Assembly (NCBI RefSeq): GCF_009914755.1
Contig: NC_060938.1
Direction: 5' to 3' (one strand)
Length of the DNA: 64,000 nt
DNA from: the human T2T-CHM13v2.0 reference genome, Homo sapiens
The notes beneath the pieces are model-generated. The model had not been told where the DNA came from, ran no database searches, and worked only from the letters and a program-made list of their open reading frames with translations. Every line of letters starts with the position of its first letter. Position 1 is the first letter of the stretch. Both the position numbers and the translations under genes were made by a program. Below, one piece after another: positions 45,732 to 60,239 of this stretch.

Positions 45732-46529
45732 CCTCTGCAGAGCAGTGTGCAGTGAAGGGAGCTGGGGGGTGGTGAGGTATGCGGGGAATGGCAGCATTAA
45801 GGGGCCTTGAGTGGAGCCCCAGGAACCGGCTTCAGATGTTTCTCAGAATTTTATTTACCTCTCTCAGCCCTCAGATCCTGCTGGAACTCCGGATAAAGAG
45901 GAGCTGGTGCTGAAGTCAGGGATCTGAAATAACAACAGCTGAGGAAGATCCATGCTGAGCGCCCGATGGAGGGTCTCTATAGTCAGTTTCCCCACCCTCA
46001 GCCACTGCATATAACCTAGGGTGCAGGGGAAGGTGGCAGAGGACCTGGATTTGGTGTCCTGAGTTCCTCCCTCCTGTCTAGGTGGCCTAAACCCACAGAG
46101 CTCATTCTTCATCTGTACTCCTCATCCAGGACATGCCATTCTTGTAGCAAAAGCAAAGGAGCAATGGCTGAACCACGTGCCGGTAACTGTGAGCTTCTGT
46201 GATTTCTTCACTCTGGATGAGCCGAAGCAAAGCGCATAGCCAGATCTGATGTCCACAGTGAGGGACGTGTATGTCTCCCACAGAGTGGGGCCCTGAATAG
46301 TTGGGAACAATATCATTTCGCATAGAAACTAATACATTTTTAAAATATGATGATCAAGTAAAATGCATCTATGGACTCCATTAGACCTGCAGGAGGCCAC
46401 CAGGCACTGCTGGTATGGGAGTTAGGACTTGGAGTCAGAGAGAACTACACTCAAATCCCAGCTCTGCTGCCCACTAGCTTCGTGAACCAGGGTGGCCTCA
46501 CAAACTTCCTGGGCCTCAGTCTCCCCTCT

Positions 46530-46825
46530 CTTTTTATTTTTTTGAGACGGAGTCTCACTCTGTCACCCAGGCTAGAGTGCAGTTGCGTGATCTGGCTCAC
46601 TGCAACCTCCGCCTCCCGGGTTCAAGCGATTCTTCTGCCCCAGCCTCCTGAGTAGCTGAGATTACAGGCGCCTGTCACCACACCCAGCTAATTTTTGTAT
46701 TTTTAGTAGAGACAGGGTTTCACCATGTTGGCCAGACTGGTCTTGAACTCAAGAACCTCAAATGATCTCCCTGCCTCAGCCTCCCAAAGTGCTGGGATTA
46801 TAGGCATGAGCCACCACACCTGGCC
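46530..46825 (-). mobile_element. AluS inserted in a MIR (~46420-46870)
   Basis: Reverse dimer flanked by MIR core halves. Confidence 0.88.
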
Positions 46826-47002
46826 TCCTCTCTCTTTTAAAGGGGCTATGAGAATACTTACCTCCTGGATGATGGGCACAGAGCACCAGGCACAGCACCA
46901 GCCCTGTGTGGAGTCTCAAGACAAGGAAGTTCCTCTTGATGTGGACATGGGCTCAGGGGCTGGAGCAGGATCCTTAAATTCACAGAATGCAAAGAGCAGA
47001 CC

Positions 47003-47612
47003 CATGTGGAAAACAGATGGCGATTTCTCAAAAAGTTACACCTGGAGTTACTGTATGATCCAGCAATTCCATTTCTGGTTATATACCCAAAATAATGAAA
47101 GCAAGATCTCCAACAGATATTTGGATGTCCATGTTCATGGCAGCATTATCCACAATAGCCAAAAGGTGGAAGCAATCCAAATGGCTATCAGTGGATGAAT
47201 GGATAAACAAAATTTGGTATATCCATATCATGGAATATTATTCAGTCTTAAAAAGGGAAGAAATTCTGACACATGCTCACCAAGGATGAACCCTAAGGAC
47301 ATTATGCTAAGTGAAATAGGCCAGTCATAGAAGGACAAATACTGTATGTTTTACTCATATGAGGCACCTAGAGTAGTTAAGTTCATAGAGACAGAAAGTG
47401 GAATGATGGTTATGAGCAGGTGGGGGAAAAGGAAGGGGGAGTTATTGTTTAATGGGTATGGTTTTAGTTTGGGAAGATGAAAAATTTTGGAGATGGTTGG
47501 TGGTGATAGTTGCACATTAGTGTGAATGTACTTAATGCCACTGAACTGTACACTTAAAAATTGTTAAAATGGTAAATTTATGTTATGTATATATTACCAC
47601 AATTTTTTTAAA
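47003..47612 (+). mobile_element. L1MB 3' end
   Basis: ...aatgccactgaactgtacacttaaaaattgttaaaatggtaaatt...accacaatt terminus. Confidence 0.88.
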
Positions 47613-48249
47613 ACACAGAACCGCACGTTTTAGGTACACGCCAGTCTCCAGATGGAAGCTGCCTAGTGCTGTCCAGTGCCTCCAGGTTTATGGGAGTTCG
47701 TGGCCACATCTCTCCCGTGGGATCCTGTGGGCTCCTGCAGGAAGCTACCTCTGGCAAATGTGGAAAACAGAGGTATAGAGGAGAGGTACTGGATGCAGAA
47801 TTATGATGCCAAATGTGTCCTCCAACTTCCTCCAACTTGCTATGTTGCAATTCAGCAGCAAGCTTCTTTCCCGGCACTTCTCTCACACTTGTCCATTCAT
47901 TCATTTATAAACAAATATTTACTGAGAGTGTACTAAAATGCCAGACTCTGTTCTAGCCTTTATAGTCAATTAAAAAAAAAAACAAAAAGGAAAATAATTC
48001 CTCCCCTCATTGAGTTTACATTGTAGTGGAAGAGAGAAACAAGAAACATAAAAGGATAGTTTGTTAAAAAGTAAGTGGCATAACTTATGTTAGTGTTATT
48101 GGGAAGAAATAGAGCAGTCACACTGGACTGAGAAGGCTGGGTGAGGAAGGTGCTTGCCATCTAAATAGAATGGTGAGGGCAAATCCAACAAGATGACTTT
48201 TGCGGGGTGGAGGGGGACATAATAGTTTTATTGGGATATAATACACATA

Positions 48250-48774
48250 TGTGATGATTAATTTTATATGTCAACTTGACTGGGCAAAGGGTATCTGGAC
48301 AGCTGTTAAAGCATTATTTCTGGTGTGTCAGTGAGGGTGTTTCTGAAAGAGATTAATTAGCATTTGAATAGGTAGATCCAGTAAAGAAGATCACCCTCAC
48401 CGATCCCAGTGGCATCATCCCATCTTTTGAAGGCCTGGAAAGAACAAAAATGTGGAGAAAAGGAACATTTTCTTCCGGTTTGAGCTGAGACATCATCTTC
48501 TCTGGCCCTGAGACATCAGAGATCTTGCTTCTCAGGTTTTTGGACTCATGCCAGGACTCATACACATTATTAGCTCCCTAATTCACAGCCCTTCAGATTT
48601 AGACTGAATTACACCATCAGCGTTTCTGGGTCTTTAGCTATTAATAGCAGACAGCAGATCATGGGACTTCTTGGACTCCATAATTGAGTAGTCAATTCCT
48701 ATAATAAATCTCTTCATATATGTGTGCGTATATATTCTATTGATTTTTGAGCTCTAGAGAACTCTGACTAATAC
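48250..48774 (+). mobile_element. MLT2 (ERVL) solo LTR
   Basis: TGTGATGATTAATTTTATATGTCAACTTGACTGGG...ctgactaatac. Confidence 0.88.
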
Positions 48775-48779
48775 TAAAC

Positions 48780-49188
48780 TGTCTTAGTCCACTTTCTGCT
48801 GCTATCAGAGAGTACCATGGACTGGGTAATTTATAAAGAAAAGAGACTTATTTGACTTGTAGTTCTGGAGGCTGAAACATCCAAGAGCATGGTGCTGACC
48901 TCTGGTGAGAAGCTCCATGCAGCAGTATTCCATGCTGCAGTACCACAGGGTGTGCACGTGTGCATGCAGGACAATAAAAATGGGGGCTAAACCTATCCTT
49001 TTACCAGAAGCTGGCTCCTTGGAACCCTAACCCAGTCTTGCAATAACAGCATTAATTCATTCATGAAGGCAGGGCCCTCATGATCTAATCACCTCTCAAA
49101 GCTCCCACCCACCTCTTAATACCATCACAATGGCAATTACATTTTAAATTTCGAAATAAGTTCTGGAGGGGATATTTAAACCATAGCA
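48780..49188 (-). mobile_element. MST-type MaLR solo LTR
   Basis: tgtcttagtcc...aaaccatagca. Near-TSD taaac/tatac. Confidence 0.85.
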
Positions 49189-49189
49189 T

Positions 49190-49650
49190 ATACCATTCAC
49201 CTGTTTCAAGTATACAACTACATGTTTTTTAGTATACCCATAGATTTATGCAACCATTACCTCAATCAATTGTAGAACATTCTCATCACCCTGAAAAAAA
49301 CTCTGTACCCATTAGCTGTCAATCCCCATTCCTGCCTCCCTCCAACCCTAGGCAACCACTGATCCATTGTCTGTGTCTCTAGATCTGTCAATTCTGGACA
49401 TTTTATATAAATGGAATCCTGCAATATGTGGTCCTTTGTGTCTGGCTTCTGTAACTTAACATAATGTTTTCAACGTTCATGCATGTTGTAGTATGCATCA
49501 GGACTTCATTCCTTTATATGGCCAGATAGCATTTCATCATATGGATAGACCACATTTTGTGTATCCATTCACCTGTTGATGGACACTTGAGTTGCTTCCA
49601 CCTTTTGGCCCTTGTGAACAGTGCTGCTGCGAACATGCATGGTCAAGATT
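49190..49650 (-). mobile_element. L1MB 3' fragment (starts at ~48225 before the LTR inserts), within L2 relic ~47890-49950
   Basis: Antisense L1 3' UTR motifs. L2 tail cattcattcatt at 47894. Confidence 0.75.
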
Positions 49651-49954
49651 ATGTGGAGAGGGTGACTTTCATGCAAAGATGTGAAGAAAGAGATGGAACC
49701 AACTATGTACTGAAGTGTAAGGAACCAAAGTCGGGAGCCTGTGTAGTGTGTTTGAGGAAAAGTGAGGAATCTTCTGTGGCCCCAGTGTTGAGAATGAGGT
49801 GGAGGATGGAAGAGGAGGACTGAGAGGAGTGGGTAGCCAGATCACGGAAGGCCCTGGGAGCCACTGGGAGGATTTGGGCTTTTACTGGGGTAACATGAGA
49901 GCCATTGAAGGGTTTTGAGCAGGGAAATGACATAATCCGACTCATGTCCCATCT

Positions 49955-50262
<308 letters not shown>

Positions 50263-51022
50263 TAGTCTTCTATTTTACCTCAAACAGTTCTCAGAGGTGA
50301 CAGGAAAGATGAGAAAACATTGCACAGGATGGAGAAAGAGAGGGGAGAAAAGTGCAGAAAGCCACTAAGGGGCCAAGAGTACCCAAAGGGCAAAGGAGAG
50401 GGCAAGTTGAGGGGTCGCACCACCTGAAGCCCATGAGGCTCGGCATGGCGAGTGCTGGGAGGAGCAGAAGGCAAGACTGGGCAGGTGCGAGTGGGACAGG
50501 CTTCCATGCACCTGTCCTCCTCCCGCAAACACTGGCATGTATTTATCCAGAACTCCCCTGAGAAACACATCCTTGTGACACCCCAAGGAGGGCAGGTGTT
50601 GCTGTGCTCTCAGGTGCTCCACTGCTCGTCATCTGCCCTCCCTCCCTCCAACTCCCTCAGCTCACTGTCATTGGGCTTTCAACCCAGTAACGCTACTGAA
50701 ACAGCTGTTTTGATTACCGAAGATGTTCTAAACTGCCTAAATGCCCCCCTCTTCAGCCTACACAATCTCCCTATTTATGCCCCCAAGGGCTTTGCTACTG
50801 AAATGAGGACCAGGCACCAGCAGCATCAGTCTCAACAAGGGATCAGCCCCAGCCCCACGGAATCAATCTGCATCTTGGTGAGATGTCCCAGCTTCGCAGG
50901 TACAGTTTTATCTACCCATCTTTAGGGGAATGGCTCCTTCCTCCACTCTGTCAAATTAAGGAGTAAGGGCCACTCTCCTTTTACGTGATCCCAGGCCTCA
51001 GTGACTGTCAAGCAGTGTATGC

Positions 51023-51495
51023 CGTAGGGGTTCAGTCAGGATGGTGGAGAAAATTATAAAATAAAACACAAAAGTTTCTTGGAAGGGCAAAAGGTTTTTG
51101 CATAGCTTTAGATAGTTTGGCTGAAGGCAGCCTAATCCTCTTTAAGCTATAGCAAGGGTAATTAACATAGGAATGTAGAGGAGTCTACCTAAATAGCCTG
51201 TTTACTCATGTGGTTCTAAAACTAACCTCTGATCATTTGCAGGCAGGATGGCACTCTCTGGGAGAAGGCAACCAGGTTGATTACCCTCTAATGGTGTTTA
51301 CTTGAGACGTTTGTCATCTAATGTGTGCTGAATAAATGCCAGGAGGGCCAGTGAGTCAGGGGCCATGACTGACAACAGTCTCCTTAGAGTCTATAAGTGG
51401 CTGGGACTCTCAGCCAGACTGACAAGCATAATATCTGTGTCAGTGTATGTTATTCACCTGTCACTGAGTCAGGGTCTGCAGGACAGACCCCCACA
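51023..51495 (+). mobile_element. LTR22-family solo LTR (HERV-K22/HML-5)
   Basis: (C)GTAGGGGTTCAGTCAGGATGGTGG...GGACAGACCCCCACA with internal AATAAA. TSD degenerate (gtatgc/gcacac). Confidence 0.8.
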
Positions 51496-54400
51496 GCACA
51501 CAATTGCTCCACCCTGAATTTTTCTCCTTTGGTCTTCAGGCTGCCGAGGCCAGGTCCTAATGGCTGAGGAAGTCAGGTGGAAGTGTGTCCCTAAGGCTGG
51601 TCTATCAGTCAGCATTTCTTAGTTGCGTGCAGCCTTGTTATTTCCAGCCAAAGAAAATTTATTTGAAGGATGTCAGATTTTCAGAGAAATGATGGAAGTC
51701 TGAAGAGCCAAGCTTGGGAACAGGTGGGAATCCAGGCCACTTTAAGGCCTAAGATGCAAGATAGATAAGAATAATCACATAGTGGAACAGTTTATGCAGA
51801 CAGAACCCTGAGAGGCAGGATGCTACCCTTCTGTCTTTGTCATTTCATTCTGTTCAAGATTCAAGTTGTAGAGACTCTGTTAGATTGGCCCAGCTGGAGG
51901 CACAAGCCTGATCCTTAGTTAGGGATGGGCCCCACCAGACTGCATCTCTCAGGGAAGAGTAAATGCCTCAAAAGGAAAACTGCATGCTGTTGAGAGGGGG
52001 ACATCAACATTGGAAGGCTGCAAAACAAGTGCCACTTCAGCCAATATCACTATTCCACACCGGTTGAATTTCAAGCCAATAAATCCACTTGACATTGACA
52101 TTATTGGAGTTGATTTTCACTCCCTTACAATAAAAGAGACCTGACTAATGTCTTGACCCTGTTTCTGCAGTGCCTTCCTCAGTATCAGGAATAGAGCACT
52201 CAGTTTTTCCCTTCTCCTTTGTCAACCACAACATCTTTGCCTCCTTCCTTGATTCTTCTTTCCTTCCTGAGAACTTATGCTTGTGCATGTCTCATGGTTT
52301 TCTTTTCAAGCCCTTTTCTCCTTTTATTTTACACCCTCTCCTTTTAAATATCAGTTATTTCCATGACTTTGTTGCTCATCTCCAATCTACCTCCCTCTTT
52401 CGCTGGAGACTTGTGTTTCGAAATATCTAATGGATGCTGACACACAGGTGACCTGACACATACCTCAATTTCAACATATTTACAACTGAATTCATCATTT
52501 TTTTCTCATAAACATCCTCTGCTTTTCATATTTCCAATTTTGAGTCCTGTATTTTCTCTGTTTATATCACCATCTTCCTCAACACGAGCTTTTGCAATTT
52601 AAAATCTCCTTGGGCTTTTTCTTCATGCCTGGTTCCCATTTTCAACCTATCACGAGGTATTATTGATTCTGCCTCCAGAATTTCTTTGAAATATTTTATT
52701 CTCTACTACTCCTGCTCTTGTTAAGGTCTCTATTTCTTCTTGCCAAGAGGTCTTTTTCACCTGAGTTTCCCCACATTGTTGCCAGAAGAATCAGCCATGT
52801 GAGATATTCTCAAAACCAGCCAACGGCTCCCCACTGCCTGCAGCATAAAGTCCAGATTTCTGGGTGTGCATTAAGCGCTGGCCTTCCCTGACTTTCCATC
52901 CTTGCCTTTCATTTTAACCCCCACCCTCACCAAATAAAATCACATCAGATTTCGCAGCCTTCCCTGATTCTGACAGTGGCCTCTACCATCCCATGCCGGG
53001 CCTGTCATCACACAGGGGCCTTCACTGGCATTTCATCCCCTACCTTCCCACCCATCATCTCCCATCTCCATCTTTGGAAGTCCTATTCACTGTCTGTGCT
53101 GAACCTGGTCCTTTAAGTCAGGAGGATCATTCCATGTGCCCTACACCAGGTGGCCCGTGAAACTGAGGAAAAAATGCAGGCCATAGATCCATGGGTCAAC
53201 CTAGAAGCTTTGGATGTTCCCGAGCTGTTTGTAGGTGGGCTCCACTCTCACGTGGTCCAAGCTCTAGACTCAGGGATGCTGACTGCAATCTCTGGCCCCT
53301 GTTTCCCTGGCTGGTGATCTGCTTGTGCTTCTGCAGCACCTTCCTCCTGTGGCTTCTTTTGCCTCACAGCTTCCTAGACCCAACTTCTTCCCATGATCTC
53401 AAATACGAATCCTCTGCCCTGGCCTTGGCTCAGATGAGTCTGTCACGACCATTGGCATCTGTATAGGCCACTTGGCTCCTCTTCTTTGAAGCCTTCCCTG
53501 GTTTCTCTAGCATTGATTAATCTCCTCCGTACACATAAGCCTCTGCTTTGGCTCTTACCTTTTGTTGCTTTCTGAGACCCTCTGCCTCATCCATTGCACT
53601 CCAAGATCTTCCCGGGCAGGGTCTTTGCCTTTTAAAACCCTGACACTAAGCACCCATCAGTGTAGGAGCTCCACTGGTATTTGCACGGCATCCTAGAATC
53701 TCTGCTGCGACTCCAGCAGGTTCCTTGGAGTGGACAGACTCCCCCTAAAAAGCCCCAGCTGTATTTCACAAGCTTCTTTCGTCCCACCAAGAGACAGACA
53801 CAGTGGGAGGCCGAGGTCCTGTGTTCCAGAGCCTGCTTCCACACAGCTATATTTAAACAAGCACATTCTCCAGAAAATAGAAAATATTCCTTATTAAAAG
53901 ACCTTGCCTGGTACCCTTCTAGAACATTCATTCGGAATAAGAAAACATCCTTCCATTTAAACTTTTTCAAACCACTTTCATATATGTCAGATCCCAACCA
54001 CCTTCAAAGGAGGTGGAGCAGATCATGTCTCATGTGAGAGCTGACATAACCAAAGTTCAGAGAGGTGTAGTGACTTCCCAAGGCCATACAGCTGTTCATG
54101 GCAGAGACAGAACTAGAGCCCTATCTGTCTTCCATGTCTCATCTGTTTGGGAATCCTTATTAATAATTGTTACTTAGGAATATTGCTTCCTCCCCTTTGG
54201 AGCTGACTTTCTCCAGATCCACACTGGGAGCCCTGGATTCTGACATGAGCCCTTCAGCTCCTTGACAGTCAGACATCTAGAGCCAAGTGCAGCCTTTGGA
54301 GAGGCCACAGCTCCCTTTCCCAGCTCCCTCCCCGTGAAAGAAGGTAGGCTGGGCTGTAAATGTTGTTTGGACCACTAAGTCCCTACTTGTTCTACTTCTG

Positions 54401-55042
54401 AGCATCTGGGAGGTATGTCAGCGTTTGCATCCACAAGCTCCAGAGAGTAGGGTTTGGGTCTCTCTGTGCCTAAATGACTCAGCCGTGTAAGTACTATCAT
54501 CCTGGGTGGCGGAGGTGGGTGGGTGCAGGGAATGCAGCTGGATTACCAGGCACTACTGTTGGTGCTGGACTCAGCAGGACGCTGGAATCAGAACGCCTTC
54601 CCTCTAAGAAAGATGAAAGCATATCTCTGGTAGTGGTGAAGTCTGGCCCAGAAGTCCAGGTCCTTGGAAATGACTGGGGCCTGCCTTGCTTGAGTGTGGC
54701 CCTGGCATTTCCAGTTTGCAGTTCTGGGGCTCGGGCCCAGCTCCCCTACCTCCCCACTGTCTTTGGCACTTAGTGAGCACGATGGACTCCACCCGCTCCC
54801 TCCCCTACACACCCCCGTGGGCTCTGGACCTTCTTTCCAAGCCAAGGTTGGTGGCTGTCATTTTCAAACTCTTCTTCCGGCCTTTCTTCTTCCTTTCGAG
54901 TTCAGGCTCTGCCCTTCTTGGGTTTCCCTTCCTCCCTGTCTGTTGGCTTGTGCTGGAGGGAGCAGCTGAAAGCAAGGATGAAGGCTGGTTTTCCAGGCTG
55001 ACCTTCCTGGGTGAAGATGAGGCCAGGATTCAAGTGCTTTGA

Positions 55043-55044
<2 letters not shown>

Positions 55045-55102
<58 letters not shown>

Positions 55103-55140
55103 TGAGAGAGAGAGAGAGTGTGTGTGTGTGTATGTGCGTG
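55045..55140. repeat. Compound microsatellite (TG)25...(AG)7(TG)n
   Basis: Read directly. Perfect TG run 55045-55094. Confidence 0.97.
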
Positions 55141-55496
55141 TTTATTCCACAAGGAACATCCCCTGAGCTGAACGGATAGCTCTCTGCAGAGAGGGTCATG
55201 GTCTCCTATGACTCCAACACCCACCCAGTATTCCAGGCACACACAGTAAGTATTCAACAACAATTGTTAAGGATTATGAAGTACAGAATGATGGAAAGAG
55301 AACTGACCCGGGAAATTAAGACACTTGGGTTCTAACCCCAATTCCACTTGTAGCTTGTTTCACAAGTCCTTTAGCCTCCCCAGACATCCACTTTAAACAA
55401 TTCCATCCTTACCTCCCATAGGACCAATTAGAGAATGGATTAGATATTTTCTTCTGAGGACCAGAGAGCAGAACGAGGTGGGTAGAAGTTACAAGT

Positions 55497-56157
55497 CTAA
55501 AGGAAAATTAAAAGATCTCAGGACTCCCATGCTCCTTGTGCAAAAAGAGGTTAAGCAGGCAGAACCCCCTTCCACGTAGCTGTTACTAGCATCTTGCATT
55601 AGCCAGATCCCCACACAAGGGTAAGGCCTCAGGCATCTACAAAGGACCACCCCCAGAGATCATTCATAAGTAAATTATTATTTTTTTTTGCTGGCCTCCC
55701 ATAAATAAGGACATGCCAAATGTAACTTTAGGTCTACAATCTAAGTCTAGCTCCTAAAATGAAAGTCTGTTTCATTCCAGACTGATAATGTCAATTACAA
55801 GCATACATTCCCAGGTGCAGAAACAAGAGAGCAGTCATTCCTCCCCTACCCAGAGATGTCTGTATAATTGATTCTTCTTTCACTCATTTTTTCTCTGGAA
55901 ACATTCCCCTTATCTTATGTAAAATGTAGATTTCCTGGGCATTAACAAAAGGCTCACAAGAATGTAACCATTCCCTTTACCACCAACCTGGCTCTCTTCC
56001 TGCATGCCTACCCCCTTGAAGGAAATGTATAAATACTAAACCTCCCGAAAACCTCTTCAGAAAAATAGCTCATGTTTTTCCCAGACACACGCCAAATCTG
56101 GCTTAGTAAACTTGATTGATTGAGACTTTTGCACAGTCACTCATTTCGATTATCACA
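55497..56157 (+). mobile_element. MER4-group ERV1 LTR (subfamily not assigned)
   Basis: aaaggaaaattaaaagatctcaggac start, cttatcttatgtaaaatgtagattt motif, ends tatcaca. Confidence 0.6.
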
Positions 56158-56193
56158 AGGAAGCAGAATTCAGATCAAAATCAGGAAGACATT

Positions 56194-56602
56194 TGACACA
56201 GTTTGGATATTTGTCTCCACCCAAATCTCATGTTAAAATGTAATCACTACTGCTGGAGGTGGGGCCAGGTGGGGCGTGTTTGGCCCATGGGGACGAATCT
56301 CTGTGGCTTGGTGCTATCTTCACCAGAGTGAGTAAGCTCTTACTAGATCTGATTATTTAAAAGTGTGTGGCACCTCCCACCCCACTCACGTGTGCTCCTG
56401 CTTTCGCCATGTGACATGCCTGCTCCCCCTTTGCCTTCTGCCATGATTGTAAGCTTCCTGAGGCCTTAATAGAAGCTGAGCAGATGCCAGCACCATGCTT
56501 CTTGTACAGCCTGCAGTACTGTCAGTGAATTAAGTTTATTTTCTTTATAAATTCCCCAGTCTCAGGTATTTCTTTATAGCAATATAAGAACAGCCTAATA
56601 CA
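56194..56602 (+). mobile_element. MST-type MaLR solo LTR
   Basis: TGACACAGTTTGGATATTTG...CTAATACA. Perfect 5-bp TSD acatt. Confidence 0.9.
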
Positions 56603-57315
56603 ACATTCCTACTAACCAAAGTCCATTCTACAGACTTCCTAATCAAGCAGAGAGCCTTCTGTTCTGAAAACTACTCCAACCAGACAGATTGATCATCTGA
56701 CAAGTAGTCTTGCATGAGAGGGACTGCCTTCTAGACCATGAGGTAGGAGTCTACATTTTGGTGTACGTAGAGGGCTTTGGGGAGATCTGTGTGAGGCTGT
56801 AAGTATGCTGGCCTTTCTGTACATTTTCCAGAAGCCTGTTCAGGCCCAGGGACAGGAGATGGGTACTGAAATCTAGGGGAAAGCAAACTGACAACCTGGG
56901 CTCTGGCATCACAGAATGGCCTTGCCATCTCCAGCAGCACCTTGAGTCAAGAGCTTCTGTGTCTTCCCAGTGGGCAGACTCCAATGGGAATGATGTCTCA
57001 CAGTGTGAGAGGCTCTGGCTGTGCCCAGTCCTCCAAAGGGAAGAGGATGATGGTCAGACTGGCCACTCACAAAGCTGCAAGTGCCTGGGCAGAGAGGACT
57101 GCTGCCTTCAACCATGAAATCTGACCCTGCAAAGTCTGTGTAAGTGGAGCCTCCTCTCTACCTCCCCTAGGAGATGAGCCAGTTCTGCCTACCTGGTGAT
57201 TCTTAGCTATGGACTCTGGTCAAAGGAAACATTTCCTTCCACATCTTTCAAAGACCCATCAGCTCCAAGACTAAGAATCAGAGCCTCCACTTTCAGTCCC
57301 TGAGGGCTCTACCCT

Positions 57316-57886
57316 GGTTAACGACCACAGGGTCTTAGGCTCCCATGCAATAGAAATTAACATGAGGTCAAGCAAGTTTTCCAGACAAGACTTTATTAAA
57401 ACCTATGGCCAGAGAGATTGGACATAAGGGAGACAGTGCAGGAGGAAGGGTTGTCCAGCTGGCTCCCCAAGGAGAGTGCATTACGGCGTCTTAAGGATGG
57501 TCACGTGCGTAATTCACGAGGTGGGTGAGCATCATTCCATGTGCCAGGTGGAGTGCAAGATGCACAGATGCAGTAAGGAATCATGCAACACATGCATCAC
57601 ATGATCAGAAAGTGGTGGATAAAAACCCCTTCCTGGGCAGAGATTTTAGAATTACAATGTGGCTAGGGATTAGAATCGGTCATTCTCCTGGCCTATGCAC
57701 ATGTGGGCAACTGAGTAAGATTTATGGTGGAATATTGCTTATCTTAGTTTCCTCAGACACTTTGCAAGCTCTGGTCAGCGGGTATAGTGCCGGTGGGGGT
57801 GGTGCAACAAGGCCTGGTGGTCAGCGGGCATGTGTGGAAAAATACTTTAGTCGGGGTTGGCCGAGTCCCGTCCCTACTCTGTCTCA
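57316..57886 (-). mobile_element. ERV1-class solo LTR (subfamily not assigned)
   Basis: Reverse strand starts TGAGACAGAGTAGGGACGGG and has AATAAA. 4-bp TSD ccct. Confidence 0.65.
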
Positions 57887-58519
57887 CCCTCGCTCGTCTT
57901 TTGGTGGGATTCTGCTGCATCTCACAAGAATATACTAAGTGTGCCTGGGGACTTTTGTGCAGCAGCTGCTGCTACCCCTGCATGGTCAATCCCCTGCTCT
58001 TCTCCCTGCTACCCACTCCCGTCAGTATCTGCTCTCCTGTCTCCATTCCTGGAAGTTCTTCTTCTGTAGCCTCAGGAAGATACAAGATTTTTGGTAGAGA
58101 AAAGGCCAGAGGAGATGAAGAGCAGACCAGACATCTCTTTTTTTGGTTGGTCCTGTGAACTCGTTTAGAGTCCAATTTGGAGGTGGGAGGTAGGGAGGGA
58201 GGGCAAGGGTTGAAGCTGAAGGAGGCTATTCAAGAAACTTTGAGCACAAGTATAGCTTCTTTGGGGCTCAAGAGAAGGTGAGTGACTCAGAGCAGACTCT
58301 CCCCTACCCCTCTACTTGGAAGCCACCTCCCCTCTTGTGCCCTGACAACTGGACCTGTGGGGAACATGAGACAAATGTTGATGTGCCCATGGTGGACACC
58401 AGCAAGGATGAGAGGGAGGGGCTAGGACAAGGAGGAAGAGCTGAGATGCTAGGCATCGTGATGAGTGCAACTGACAGACAGGACACATGGGAGGCATGTC
58501 CTTAGACACCCCTGGAAAT

Positions 58520-58833
58520 GGCCGGGCACGGTGGCTCACACTTGTAACCCCAGCACTTCGGGAGGCTGAGGCAGGAGGATCACTTGAAGCCAGCAGTTCA
58601 AGAACAGCCTAGGCAACATAGTGAGACTGCATCCCTACCAAAGCAACATAAAAATTAGCCTGGGAGTGGTGGCAGGACACAATTGTAGTCTCAGCTACTC
58701 TGGAGGATGAGGTAGGAGGATGTCTTGAGGCCAGGAGTTCAAGACTGCATTGAGCTATGATTGCACCACTATACTCCAGCCTAGATAACAGAGCAAGATT
58801 CTAACTCTAAAAAAGAGAGAGAGAGAGAGAGAG
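58520..58833 (+). mobile_element. AluJ with (GA)n tail
   Basis: Dimer. TSD includes ccctggaaa. Confidence 0.9.
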
Positions 58834-59117
58834 ACCCTGGAAACAGCTGGGGATGCAGTGAGAGCTGAAATCATAGTAATACATGGGTGGGAGCATTTAA
58901 GCCAGGAGATAATTGGGTTCCATCAGCAAATATTTATTCTGGGCTTGATATGTCAGATAAAAATTATTAAAACATTATCCTAGGCCTAGGATAATAAGAC
59001 ACACATAATAATAATAGCTAACATTCATTGTGCTGGGATAACTACGTATAGGGACTGTTCAGAGTGCTTCTACAGGCATGAAAACACTTAATTTTCAGAC
59101 CAAATCTATTATTCCCA

Positions 59118-59653
59118 TAGTATTTGTTAGGGTTCTCCAGAGAAACATAACCAATAGGATGTATATATATAGAAGAAGATATTTATTATAAGGAACTGGC
59201 TCACACAATTACAGAAGCTGGCAAGTCCCGAGATTTGCTGGGTGAGTCGACAAGCTGAGACCCAAGAGAGCTCATAGTTTAGTTCCAGTCCAAGTCCGAA
59301 GGCCTGAAAACCAGGAGAACAGGTGAAACAGTTCCAGTTTGGAGGCCAGCAGGCCTGAGACTCAGGAAGAGCCAACATTTCAGTTCAAGTCCAAAAGCAG
59401 GGAATAAAGCTAGTGTCCCAGTTCCAAGGTTGTTAGGCAGGAAGAATTCTTACTTGGGAGGTCACCCTTTTTGTTCTATTCAGGCCTTTGGCTGATTGAA
59501 TGAGGCCCTCACACATTAGGGAGAGAAATCTGCTTTATTCAGTCTGCTGGCTTAAGTATTCATCTCATCCAGAAACATCCAGAATAATATTTGACCAACT
59601 ATCTGGGCACTCCATGGATCAGCTAAGTTGAAACATTAAAATTAACCATCACA
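59118..59653 (-). mobile_element. MLT2 (ERVL) solo LTR
   Basis: ttagggttctccagagaaaca...aaaattaaccatcaca. Confidence 0.88.
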
Positions 59654-59947
59654 GGCCGGGTGCAGTGGCTCACACCTGTAATCCCAGCACTTTGGGAGGC
59701 TGAGATGGGTGGATATCTTGAGCTTAGGAGTTTGACCAGCCTGGGTAACATGGTGAAACTTTGTCTCTACCAAAAATACAAAAAATTAGCCAGGTGTGGT
59801 GGCACACACCTGTGGTCCTAGCTGTTTGGCGGGGCTGAGGTAAGAGGATTGCTTGAGCCGGGTGGTGGAGGTAGCAGTGAGCTGAGGTCAAGTCACTATA
59901 CTCCAGCCTGGGTGACAGAGCAAGACCTTGCTTCAAAAATAAAATAA
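59654..59947 (+). mobile_element. AluJ/S inserted at the MLT2 terminus
   Basis: TSD taaccatcaca duplicates the LTR end. Confidence 0.9.
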
Positions 59948-60239
59948 AATAACCATCACAAATTGGTTCTGGGGCAATTTCAGAGCCCAGGCAAAAAGAA
60001 GGGAGTGGTATCTTCTACCTTAGAGGTGGAGAGAGGTAAACCAGAGAACATCAAATAAAAACGTCATGCGGAAGGTGCCATTTGAGCAGAGCCTTGAAGA
60101 ACAAGGAGCATTTTGACAGGTAGAGACAGGAGGAAAGGACAGGATAATTAGAGGGGACGGTGTGAACCAAGAAATCAAGGAAGGAAAGAATGCAGCAGGG
60201 GAATTCCTCAAGTGAGGCAAGTAGGGTGATGTGGGTAGT

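Noticed and set aside
53632-54037. Overlapping antisense ORFs of 118 and 121 aa (also 3398-3829, 39907-40338, 50452-50925)
   Set aside because: No recognisable domain, splice structure or coding-like composition. Lengths are compatible with chance.
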